64,000 bases of DNA from Strigamia acuminata. Lineage: Eukaryota. Below, in pieces: positions 1 through 12,800 of the stretch. Each line of letters starts with the position of its first letter. Position 1 is the first letter of the stretch. A program made the translations under genes and the position numbers. Location: the NCBI GenBank assembly GCA_949358305.1, contig OX442314.1, positions 16,306,001 through 16,370,000 of the forward strand, written 5' to 3'. Under the pieces are notes generated by a model. The model ran no database searches. It saw nothing but the letters and a program-made list of their open reading frames with translations, and was not told where the DNA came from.

Positions 1-1790
1 AGAGTTTATCCTACACATTGTCGGCCTTCGTTGAAATTATGGATCACGGAAACGTCTCGTGGGATAATTTAGAACCAAAGTTCATCAATAAAGTGGCCAG
101 TTACGTCAACAACCCGGCCGCCAGTCTCACTCCGCGCACAGTTAAAGCATCGCTGTCCATTTTGGAAAGCCTGGTGTTGAACAGCAGCAAGAAATACACG
201 TTGGTAGATCAGGAAGTCACTTTGCCCAATTTAATTATGCATTTGCAGTCGAGCGACGGAGAAATTCAGCAAAATGCCATCGCGTTGATCAATGCGCTGT
301 TCCTCAAAGCGGACGAGAGCAAACGGAAAGCCATGGCGGGGACTTTGTCGTCCAGACAGATTCGAAACGTGATTTTGAACAGTATCATTCAAGGACCGCG
401 AACCATCGGCGCCGAAATGGCGCATCAGTTATATGTGTTGCAGTCTCTGCTTTTGAATTTGCTCGAGGATCGCAAAATGACCAAGATGGACCCGCAAGAT
501 TCCGACGACAGGGAGAAGATTTTGGAGTTAAGAAAGATTGCTTTCGATAACGACGACGCCCGGGACGTAACGTGTCGTCGGCCGGGCTACGCGAAAGATT
601 ACAAGAAGTTGGGCTTTCAAAACCACGCCAATCCTGCGGAGGATTTTACCGAGTCGCCACCAGGGATGCTTGCTTTGGATAATATGATTTATTTCGCACG
701 CTACCACGCCGATGCGTACACCAAAGTCGTTTTGGAGAATTCCTGTCGTTCCGACGACCACGAATGCCCGTTCGGAGAGACGAGCATCGGGCTGACTAAA
801 TTGCTGTGCGAGATTTTGAAAATCGGCGAAGCACCGAGCGAACAAGGCCAAACGTTCTACCCAATGTTTTTCACTCACGATCATGCGTTCGAAGAGTTTT
901 TTTGTATTTGTGTCATGTTACTCAATAAAACGTGGAAAGAAATGCGAGCAACTAAGGAAGATTTACGTAAAGTGTTTAGTGTGGTCAAAGAGCAAATATC
1001 CAGGGCGCTCTCCAACAGTGCCACGACTTTGGACAAGTTCAGGAGTGAGTTAAAAATAAATCGTATAAAATAAAATGAAATAATTGATTTTTTTTTAATT
1101 TAATATTTTGTAGATAAGCTGAATACATTGACGTACAGTGAAATAACGAATTTGTGGCAGCAGGAACGCACGAGCCGCGAAGAATGGGAATCTCAAGCAA
1201 GACCGATCGTTGAACTTCGTTGTCAGATCACTCCCGAAATTATGGAACTGATTCAACAACAGAGACTTGGTTATCTCGTCGACGGAACCATGTTCACTAA
1301 ATACACCAACAAGGGACAACGAATTAAGGACAAGTTTTGGTATTGCAGGCTTTCGCCTAATCACAAGACGCTGCATTACGGAGATTGCGAGGAAAACACT
1401 ACGCCAACGCTCGAGGAACTGTCGAATAACAAATTACCCGTCGTTGACATTAAAGCGTTGGTCACCGGCAAAGAATGTCCTCACATGAAGGATGTCAAAG
1501 GCAAAAAGTCAACATGGTCCCTCGCGTTTTCCTTGTTGTTGGATTCGGAGATGGACGCGTTGAATTTCGTGGCCCCCAATGAGAGAGTCTATGATTATTG
1601 GACAGACGGGATTAATGCGTTGCTGGGGAATCAAATGTCGAGCAAAGAGGCCAAAAGTGATTTGGAAACGCTTCTCAGCATGGATATCAAATTGAGGCTT
1701 TTGGATACCGAAGGTGTGAAAATACCTGAGGAACCTCCTTCCATTCCGAAGGATCCACCCAATTTCGATTTTTGCTACGACTTTAAATGA
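1..1790 (+). CDS. ELMO: Engulfment and cell motility protein (ELMO/Ced-12), 3' part; 5' end lies upstream of the window
   Basis: ELMO domain (DYKKLGFQNHANPAEDFTESPPGMLALDNM; HECPFG; LLNKTWKEMRAT), atypical PH domain (KDKFWYCRLSPNHKTLHYGDC) and C-terminal proline-rich PEEPPSIPKDPPNFDF. GT-AG intron 1045-1113 joins the two ORFs in frame (FRNKLNTLTYSEI). Confidence 0.96.
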
Positions 1791-2005
1791 TTAATTTATA
1801 CGATAATGATAATTTATATTCCATTTATGCTTACAATTGTACAATTTATACGTTTTCCACGCAGGTAATTTTGTGTTTCACATCATACCAAAGATTATTT
1901 ATTGTTACAAATATTCGTAATAATGTATTGTATCTATGTATTTGTCAAATTAAATAAGTTCGGTAGATAATAAGAGATTTTATTGAGTAATTATTTAATT
2001 AGTGG

Positions 2006-5000
2006 TCAAACTGGAGTTAAACTCATGCCCACTTCATCGGCCAAAGTGCGGATTTCTTCAAAAAGATTTTTGTCCTTCAAATCGCACTTAAAAGATATAA
2101 AAAAAAATTAAAAAATTAAATAAATAAAAACAAATTCTGTTTTGTTTAAAAATAAATTTCTATTTTATTTTTTACCTTGCAACAAAATCTGTATGCTTGT
2201 TCGACTTCCTCTTGCCTACCAGTTTTCAAAGCAACTAGGGTTAAGTAGCCCCAAACCTCGGGATTTGTGTTATCCAGAATGTTCGCTTCTGAAAGTGCTT
2301 CTTCAGCTTCAATAAATTCTTCCTCCTGAAAAGTTCCCGTTCAAATTTCAATCAAATGTCTTATTTCAATCAAATGTCTTATTTCAATCAAATTTCAAAA
2401 TATGTACAAAGTAACACGCTCTTCCAACTCCGATCCAACTCAAACTTGAAGGCGAATATTTACATGTGAGCAGAAAGTTTTTCTTCGCTATATCGTACTA
2501 AAAACAAATCAAAATTCAAAAACTTCAACATTTTAAACCAGTCTCTCTAACCGACCTCTTTAGCATCCATCGCTATCTGACCTAACTTGTAATATACTAT
2601 GTGTAAATCTACTGGCGATTTCTGAATTGCCAAAGCACGCGTAAAATTCTGTTTAGCTTTATTTTTGTTTCCCATTGCGTAATAAATGTGTCCGGAAAGT
2701 GACCAAACATCAGCAATCTAACAACCAATAATTATTGTTACGGTAATTCCAAATTTGCCAAATAGAATAATTAATAAACTACCGTATTGTCTTGTTCTAG
2801 CGCATCCCGAATAGCAAGCTCAGCCGAAACATAGTCCCCTTCTTGGAACCTCAGTTTTGCCAAATAAAGATGGTAATTTCCTCTCGGATTGCATTGAAAC
2901 GAAGTTAAATCCTGAGCCAAAGCTCGTAGCGAGTACTGTCGAAATTATACCGGCACACATCTTTCAAACATGTTAAACTTTTTAAACTATTCGTTACATT
3001 TACGATTTACCAGTGCGACGTAGCAATTAAGGAGGAATGGTAAGATGGACAAAAATATGCTCGAATCGTCACCAGTCGCACCAGTCGCAATGTCTTCTGT
3101 AAATGAAGATTATTAATATTTTATAATTGAACGCAATTAGTATGTATGCCACCGGCTGAATAGCTTGGAGTCGAGTCAGAAGCAGCAGTACGTGTTACTC
3201 CGCCGCCCCGTGCCAACTCGTACGCTTGCTTGTAGTACGTTTCTGCTCCAATACTATTTCCAATTCCTTGGTAATACAAACCCACTATGGTATGTGCTAC
3301 TGCTTTAGTGGGGTTTGAATTAACTGCGTGTAATAGAAATGTTTCCGTCTGGTCCGTTCGGCCGCAGACGTCGCAGACCATTCCATAAAGCAGCAAACTG
3401 TAAAGAAATACATTTGGTCAATTTAAATACGATTTGCTAATTAAATATTGAGTGTACCCTCGAAAATATTCATTATCTATACTCAGTGAGTGACGAAAAC
3501 ATTCTGCACTCTGGTAAAAGTCATTCAAGCTTTAAAATTAACTGTAACAAGTTTAATTGTAATGTGGAACAAACCTTTTCGTGGGCTCCAACACCCAGAC
3601 AGTAAATTCCGTAATCGACCCAACAACCTGGGTCCGTACCGAATCTTTCAATTCTCTGAAATGAGAAGAAAAAATAATTGTTATGTGAAATAAATACGGA
3701 ATAATCGTACTAGTTGGTGGTATTTCTCGGCTAAATCAAATCTCCCAACTGCAAATGCATCGGTCGCGTATGATCTTAACTCTTCCGAACTAGTAATGGG
3801 ATCTAGTGGAGCCGTTGGATCGGCAATGCCGAAATACTTATTTAAACTTCTGTGCATTTCTTCGATGATGTACACGTATAATGTGGTTAAAAATTCCTGT
3901 TTAAATCTCCATTTCAAACTTTAATTTAACCTTTATTTCACTCTATTACTTCAAATTCTTGCTGTGAATCAAAACTTGACCGCCTCAAGAATTTATCACG
4001 AACAATCTTCACTATGTGATATTTTAGCTGTTCTTTACAAGCGAAATATTTGCCGTTTTTTTTTAATTCGTGCATAAATTTTGTTTTTCTAATTCGTTAA
4101 AAATGCCACAATAATGTAATGAATTTCTAAAAAAAAAAATAATAATAATAATACCTATAATCTTGTGTGGTTAAACGGTCTTTGGTTTGAGAGCCAGCAG
4201 CATCCTTAATCAACAAGGATTTATAATCTTCTAACAATAACGCTGCAGTGTTGCATACTTGAGTCCCAAAATCTTCTACGGCTTTCTGAGCGGAGTCGAC
4301 TTTTGGAAATTTTATATTCCTATTTGGTATTAACTCCAAAATGCTTTCAATAAAAAAAAATTAACAAAAATTAATTTAATTAATTTAATTAATTAATTAA
4401 TTAATTTTAAATAATTATTAATGCTGCAAAATGTGCTCACGTTTGGCGTATTTCTTCAGGTAGACGTTGTTGCACCAACGGATGAAGCAGACTTATTTTT
4501 AAAGTTAAATACGTTCTATTTTCTTCAAACAGTGTCGCTTCTTCGGAATAAGTTCCCTCAAATAACTGCGGACTTTCTATTGTTTCCAAATTTTCCTTCG
4601 GTTTCTCTTTCTCGACACCTTCCTCTCTGCCTAGAGATTTTTTCTGCAAAGTTGACATTAAAAACATGGATCCTTGTCGAGTTGGGGTTCCTCGAATAAA
4701 CAGAGAACTTTTGTTGGTCTAAAGAAATTTTAAAAAAAAATAATTAATTACCATAATTAATTATAATTATCGCCTAAAATATAATACTCAACCCTCGTTT
4801 TCATATCGACTTCGGACAACGGATGCAATTCATAAGCACCGTGAATTGTAGTAACTTAAAACAAACAAATGTTTATTTGATTTCATCAATTACTTAAAAA
4901 AATCAAACGACTTTACTTCCTGGGAATAAAATCGGTGTTAAATTAACATAAGCAACAGCATTGTAAGACATTTCCTTCTTCTTCACACCCGGAATTACAC

Positions 5001-6516
5001 GAGTAAATTCCAAAGGTAGATGTTTATACTCGCGAATTCTCTGAATGAGTCTAATAGGAAAAATAAATTAAATATTTGGTGGTTTGGTATGTAGTGTTAT
5101 AAATTACTTATAATTTGCCGCAGGAGAAATCAAAGATCGGAATTCAGAATTCCACGCAATTATCGGCTTAGCTAAACGTTCTGCAGTTTGCCGAAACTCA
5201 CGCCCCTATCACATTAAAAATAAAATACTCCGTATACAGAAAACTTCTTACAATATTAATTATCAACCTTTTCATCTTGGAAATCCCCAACATCATCTTC
5301 TAAACTTTCCGTTTGGATGTAACTATTTCACAGAATTTAGAAAATCAAATCCAATATTTTAATTTTAGTATTTCAGTTACCTATTAGCGATATGCAGCGC
5401 TTTCCCGGTAGCTCCGAGATTAGCCGTATACCATTTCTTCTCTACAGCGTAATTTGGACCATCAACTATGGTGCCATTTCGAAATACAATTGGTTCATCG
5501 CTCTACAACAACAAACAAGCTTTAGCAATAATATTCAAGTGAGGCATTAAACATTAGACTTCTTGTAATAATGGTAAGGAGCATCCAACAACAAATAATT
5601 CCTCCGGTTTACTATCCAAAATTAATTCACCGGGTAAAGAATGACACGTTTCCAAGGTAAATTGAATTATGTTACACTGTCTAAGAAGTTCCTGACCCAA
5701 TAAGCCATTACTAAAGTGAATTTTTAGTTCGATCTCCGGCTGCATCAAGATTTTAATCAATATTTGCACGTTTCAATGTAATTTTATAAAGCCCATACTT
5801 TAATAGGAGGTTCTTTTACGGGCGGCTCAAAAAATTCCATAATATATTTTCGAGTTTGCATCATCTCAGTACCTAAAATTAAAAAATATATTTAAAAATT
5901 AAATCTTATTTTTGAATTTTTTTTGAGTACTTAAAAGAATTGGCAACATGTCGACGGAGCAAAGACAGAGTGAAATTGTGTCTTTAACCTTTTTGGAAAG
6001 TCCCGCACTTTCTGTAACTGTCACTGAAGGTTTTTTGGAAAATTAAATTAAATTAGGTAATTTTTACCCATTTTTCGTCACTTTCTCACAAATTAAGGGC
6101 TTGCAAATAAATTCATCGATTTTATAATAATCGCCAACATTGGCCTGTAATTTAAATGTCAGGAGAAAAGGAAAAGTGTTATCTTCTTTTAGGTCACAAT
6201 GATCCGATATAGCCAAAACGTTATCTCCCATCTCAACTGTGACAAAACTTATGAAAGGCTCGTTTCTTGGACCTTTCTGCAACATTGTATGTGCATTCGA
6301 TTAGTGCAACTCAATTTTTCAAACACTATTGTAAATCACCATTATTTTTGCTTCTGTTACTGTTATAGTAATTTCTACAAGTTTTATTTCGTCCGCACTA
6401 GTAGTCCCTGTTTCCGAGCCTGACGACTCATCCATCCTTTTATCGCTAAATAGACTTGCATCCCAACCTTCGTCGCCAGCAGCCATTTGATATTGTTTGT
6501 TGTCATGATGACTCAT
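2006..6516 (-). CDS. CFAP70: Cilia- and flagella-associated protein 70 (TTC18-like TPR protein), multi-exon
   Basis: Exons translate to [83 protein letters not shown], which I recognise as CFAP70-like; stop TGA at 2006-2008; start at 6516 is a best guess. Confidence 0.8.
2347..2393. repeat. Short intronic tandem repeat, 18-bp unit (TTCAATCAAATGTCTTAT), about 2.6 copies
   Basis: Directly visible in a CFAP70 intron. Confidence 0.7.
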
Positions 6517-6854
6517 TTCGTCATACAGTTTTTCTGAATCACCGATGTTTCATCCTCCTTTTCTGATTAACCCCCCGTCAATTTAAAGGAAAGTAAGGTT
6601 TTTAATCACTCTTGACTAATATATGTTACTAAATGTAAATTAATAATAATTTTTATGTATAATTTATGTTTTTACATCACGTAGTGCACTTTTATTTGAG
6701 AATTCCTAACTATTTTTACATTTTCGTATAGTAGTATGGCGCATGATACGGGTATCAGTTTTTATCTCAACCGAGCATGTGATTCAAATATGGGGCTTGT
6801 TATCGTTGTGGTTTTAATTTAGGGCTACGTTAGTTGCAAACGAATTATTTACAC

Positions 6855-9800
6855 ATGGATGACCAATTAATCAAAAAGGAAATTCTTAACCAGTTAACGC
6901 TTGGACAGTGGGAATTAGCTAAAAGTTTAATTTTGATCTACTGGAAGCATTCTTCGGATGAAAATGACGCTCGAGAGTGGTTAACTCGAGTGTTGTTAAA
7001 TGTTTGTGACAAGCCCGAGCAATATTGGTAAATTGTCAATTGATTTAGTTGAATGTGCTTAAAAAACTTGTTTTTATCATTTCTAGTGTTGGATCGTTGA
7101 GTTTGCCTTCCAAATATCACTTGTCGTGGCTTGCTTTGCAATTAATCGAGGAATTGAAGATTGAAAACGTAAAACTTATTTTGTTTGGTAATTTGTCGTG
7201 CAGTTGAATTTGATTTAAAACTTTATTTTCATAGTATTCGGTGGCATATCTTAAAAAGGCGTCCGAATTTAAATTTTATATTTACAAAGCCAGCAAGATT
7301 TGCACGGAAATTCCGTACGAAGATTTGGCTTCAGTTTTTGAGGCTCAACATTCAAACGAATCCGATCACTGTCAAGATTTTCTACTTCCTACAAATATAG
7401 AAAATTTTTTGTACGATTTGAAAAACAAAGAGCCTTTTTTAGCATTTTATACACTGAAATCATTGTTAGATGAAAGCAATTTTCATACCTTCAGTGAAGA
7501 TTTGACTTATAAGTGGATAAGAAACAAATGTCAGCTCATCAAAACAAATGTGTCAACAAGTGGAGTCGACGAACATTCCGTTGCTCTAGGAGAACAAATT
7601 CTGTCTGAGCTTCGGATTTTCGTCTTCGTTTTGTCGGAATCGAAAATAATTCCTAAACTACCCGAAGATATAATTTGCGACTTGCTGTCGTTTTCCGATC
7701 ACAACATTATCAACAAAAAATATGTATACGAGGCTTTATTGGGGAATTCAGAGAGTGCGGATGCTTTTTGTGAAGTTGAAGATCGTTTATTGGGCAGAGA
7801 TGAAAATGAGAAGGACATCGATTCTGCCGAGAACTTTTTTCACACAATATTTTTATCCGATGGCTCAATAAACACAAAAGAATTATTTCTAAGGTCAATG
7901 AGGAGAAAGGAGCACTTTTTAGAAATTATTTTGGTAATATCAGTATATTTATTAGTTTTAATGATTCAGTTTTTTTAATTTATTTTTCTTTCTCAAACAG
8001 AACAATTTATTGATTTTAGTGAAATCAAATAAATACGCCAACGTTCATAGCTATCTTAATCATAGATTAACAAATTGTTTGAGACCGTTATTAGTTTTAC
8101 TGTCTTGGGATGCCATCCAATCAAACAAAGACGCCAAGAAAGTGTTGGACTGTCTGTGGCCGGATTCATTGGTAAAAGATGACGTGATCAGAGTTGTTGA
8201 TTGATTTATTAATTCAAAAATATTTGCAGGATAAGAAAAATTTTGAACCAACTTATGTACAAGCATGCGATAAATTAGTCCGTAACGTCAATTTCGCAGA
8301 ATGGTGTCTCGAACAACGAGAGTACGTTTAATGATACAAAATTTTAAAAAAAATTGGTAATTAAATTTTTTTTTTTTTTTTTTGGATTTTTTTAATTACA
8401 GGAAAAATTCTGAAGTTGCTACGAGCGAAGAGACTAGTTTTTCGCATTTATGTTTGAGTTTGAAGTCTCATTCAGTGGTGTACGTTCTGAAACAATATTT
8501 ACAATTATCAAAACTAAACATTAATGCAGTTGAAGACATTTTGCACACATTTATGTCACCAAAAAGTAAAAGCCATTTACTAAATATCATTTTACAAATT
8601 TTTTTACTAATTTTTTTTCTCGACTATTTCAAAGATGTGACCAAAGAGAAGTCCGTACGATTTGCTTTCGAAACGGTTAATGATGATTGGGAAGATAAAG
8701 TACAGAAAAGTGTGGATTGTAAAATTTTGCAAAGTTATTGCATTATGTCGGCGGCAATGGAAGCTGTTCAATTTTCAGCTGAATTTGAAGGATGGTGTCG
8801 CAATAAGAAAGTGCGGAAAAATCGGCTCACTGAATCGGTTACGCCAGACGACGAAAAATGGACACTGATGTACAGAGAAAAAGTTATTAATAATTTGGAA
8901 GAAGTTGAACAACTATTGCCATCTTTATACCCTTTGGTTCATCGGTTAGAGATCCTAGAGAATTTATTCACTCTGATTTTTGCGACTCAGGAAGATGTAC
9001 GGACTGATATAAACACCGACTCGGGGCAGAGTTCGGAATACGAAGTCGACAGTCGGGATATTGCGCACTCTGAAGACGACGGCGACGTGATGAAAATCAA
9101 CGACGAAACCGACGATGAGGTGAAAGCGAAGAAAATTGGACAGTGTTTGTCCGACGGCATGAGTGTTCTTAGCAATTGCAGCGGGAACAGCAGCACTAGT
9201 TACAATTACAAACGTCAAGGATTCTTGTGCAATGATACGGTTATTCGATCTTTGCTTTCGCTTATTAAGGACAATTTATTAGACATTCGCTTAAAATTTG
9301 AAAAAAGAAATGCCGTTTCTAATTTGGTTTTTTGGAACGATGACGGTAAAGATAACGACATTAGGGAACCAAGGTTTACGCAACGTCTTGCCGAACTGCA
9401 GAAACATGTTTTCGAAGCAATTTGGAGATTTGAAATCATCTCCGAGAACGAAAGCGAAAAAAGGAATCGTGTTCGCATAACTCCATGTCCAGTTTATTTG
9501 AAAATTGAAGAAGGAAAACTTTCACAAATAAATGATAATGGTTAACTTGATTGATTTTTAAATTCGTTTGGAGATTTTTTTGTTTAACATTGATTTTTTT
9601 GTTGCAGCTCGTAGGAATAGTTCACCAAAGGTTACGGAATCCTGTAAGAAAAAGAGAAAAATCTATATATATATATATATGTATTTTAATAATTTTATTG
9701 TTTTTTAAGATCCATCGATGTTTTCAACTCGTAAGCGAAATCGTGCTCATTTAAATTCAACACAATTTCACGGCTGTTCCAACATGCTGTGTTGCCACGA

Positions 9801-12800
9801 AACGGTCAATAAGATGCTTTCTACTAAAGAGTCTCTGCTTAATATGTGTCTGCAGCAAATGGATTCTATTAAGGCTCAACAAGTTATTAAAGTAAGTTTT
9901 ACAAAAAAAAAATTAAATTACTAAACTTAATGGAATTTACTTTCCAGATGTTTGCAATGGAAGAAACCGACAGCGCGGCAGAAATAATTTTTTCTCAGAA
10001 GTATGTGCAACTAGTAAAGCAATACGAAACTACCACAATTAGGGCTGCACCGTTGATCCCAGCAACTCCCTGTGTATCATCGTCGTTGTCGGAGAGTTTG
10101 CACCACATTGCGTCTACCGCCGCAGCTGGAATGACTGCAACGACTGACATTACAACCGTCGACGGTTTTTTGAGTTGCTGCGTATTGCCGAGTACTTTAA
10201 AAATTGAAGAATGCATGAAGATTTCTTTCAATCCATTCTGCCTGGAGCTTGCAGAATGTCGGGACCTAAAAGCACTCGTTTTATGCGATTTGGCTTTCAC
10301 GTCCAGTCAAAGTTTGGATTCCAGCGCGTCTCTCTTACACGCTGCCATCAAAAGGCTTAATTCGATCGACGAGAAAGGCCAGTTTCAGTCAAGAATGGCA
10401 GGATTGTATAGTTTTGCTAGCAGAATGATAAATTTAATATCGGAAGTGTCGTCTAAACAAAATTCCCACAATCTTTTCACGCAAGATGTGTTTCCGAAAC
10501 AGACAAACCTTTGCAGCTTGTTGGCTCAAGGAAGTATCTCTTTGAAAGCGGAAAATTATTCTAGTGACACTGACAACTGGAACACTTTGTTAGAAAATTT
10601 AACATTGTTTTATGATTTGAAAGAACAATATGCCAACCAAAATTCAGACGTAAAGAAATTCGATAATCAAGTCGTAACTGATTTACATAATGCATTTGCA
10701 AAACTTGTGCGGGACGGGTCGAATCAATTAAAACAAAGACTTGCTTGTGATGTCACATCGATGGAGTGTCAATATCCAAATTATTTAAAGACAATATTTG
10801 TGTACATGCGGCAATTGGCCACCTTAAAGGCTCATCAAAATCCGGAGCAAAAAGGTGAACGTTGAATTGAAGTTTAAAACGTTAATCTTTATTAATTTTA
10901 TTTATTTATTCAGATTCGACCAGTCATTGTGACTTTTTAAATGTTCTTGATCAGGGATTGACATCTACATTGATCGGCATGGTGAAAGAAAAAGACGCGA
11001 ATATTGAGTGGATTGAGAAGTTTACGATGCAGTTTGGACTGGATTTTAAACACATAATCACTCAAGCTTGTGTTGGCACAATTTCTGCTGTGGGTTATAA
11101 ACCTTTAGAATATGGAAAAGTTGTCCCAAATAAATACGGACAGATTATATTGAATCGTGAATTGCACGAGAAATATCAACAGAATCCAAGCAGTGTTGTG
11201 AATGACTTGTTGGTTAATATCATATATTTTATTAAAGGTATTTTTTCTTAGCTATTAATCATCGTTAATATAAAATGATTATTTTTAAATTTTATTACAG
11301 AAAACTGTGATATCGAAGATGGGATAGTCACATTTAATCAGTTGCAACAACATGAGGCAAAAATACAAGCATTATTGGACGATACTAACAAACTGTCAGC
11401 AGTTGATTTAAGTTTATTGAAAACGCACGACGAATGTTGTGCTTTTTTAATTAACGTTTCTAATTTATTATCTTTTCACGCCACGATGTTGCGGGTAGTG
11501 TATTGAAAATACTAAAGAAAATGTATTGATTTTAACGTTATTGATGACTTGTAGACTTGCAGTGAGGAATATGTCCATTTTGGGAGGAGCAGATTGCTAA
11601 ATGAAAGCTGTCAAGTCGCTTATTATGTTGGTCAGTTCGGTATCATTAGGTAATCAACTTGGTTAGGAAGAGAAAATGAGAATTTAGAATATTTATTCTT
11701 TTTTTATAGTTTGTTTGAACTGCATTGCCTTCTGGGTTACACTACCGATTTAAAAATTCCCGAGAGCGTTTTGGAGTTGCGAAAGTTGGGATGCGTGGAT
11801 TCATTTAATTATTTTCAGCCGAAAGTTTCATTTCTTATCAGTCGATTCTTTATGACGTCACCTAAACTAAAGGTTGGCTTAATTTTTGCTTATTTTAATA
11901 TTTAGTAATTTTGTATTTTTAAATTAATCTAGGTAATATCTGCTGAGAATTTAAACAGTGATCTCAATTGTGCAGCTGCGGAATACTTGAAGGCTCATGT
12001 AGTTTTGAAAAACAGTGAAAAAGAAGTAAGTTCTGTGGTCTGAACTTTCTAAATTATCCGACTATTAAATATCTTAATTTTTAGATTTGTGTTCCCGAAT
12101 ACCTGACTGTTTTCTTGACGGCTTGCACCGACAATCAAAGTTTGCTCGCTTTGATTAAGACGCATTGTGCACTTGAGCAGAGTCGAAACTCCGGTATTAA
12201 CTTATTTTGTTACCTCAATTCAAAATAATTGTTTTTATAAAATCGTTTTACTCCATTTTAAGAATTTCAAATAGTAACTAGACCGACTAATTACGTTCCT
12301 GCTGTTGTCCTTTCGTATCCAACAAAAGGGTTCGAGTCGTTTGCGATCGAACCGCTTCCAGGAAATATTGTCGTGAGCGTAAATGAAATTCCCAATCACA
12401 TCCGTGATTATTTAAGAGAGAAATGCTGGCTCGTTGATTACCTTATTGATGTTTTGGGTGGACAAATGAATAACGATGAACGAATGGTATTTCTGAATCG
12501 TTTGTTGGATGAATTTGAAGGCTTTTCACCTACCGAGATTCTTGTTCCGTCCGTTCATCAAGTTAATTTTTGGATCGAGATGGAAAACAAATTAACAATA
12601 AATCATAATTTGGAGAATCTTTTGGAATTTATCGACGTTTCGTCTTCTGTGCGATTAGAAATGAAGAAATGTATTACTCCGTTGAGAGATTTTATTTTAT
12701 GCGATTTGCTAAACGAAAACTTAGGTTTGTTGAAGTAAGAATGAGAGATTTGAATAACGCTAAATGTTTTTATTTCTTCAAATAGATGCAAATTTATCCC

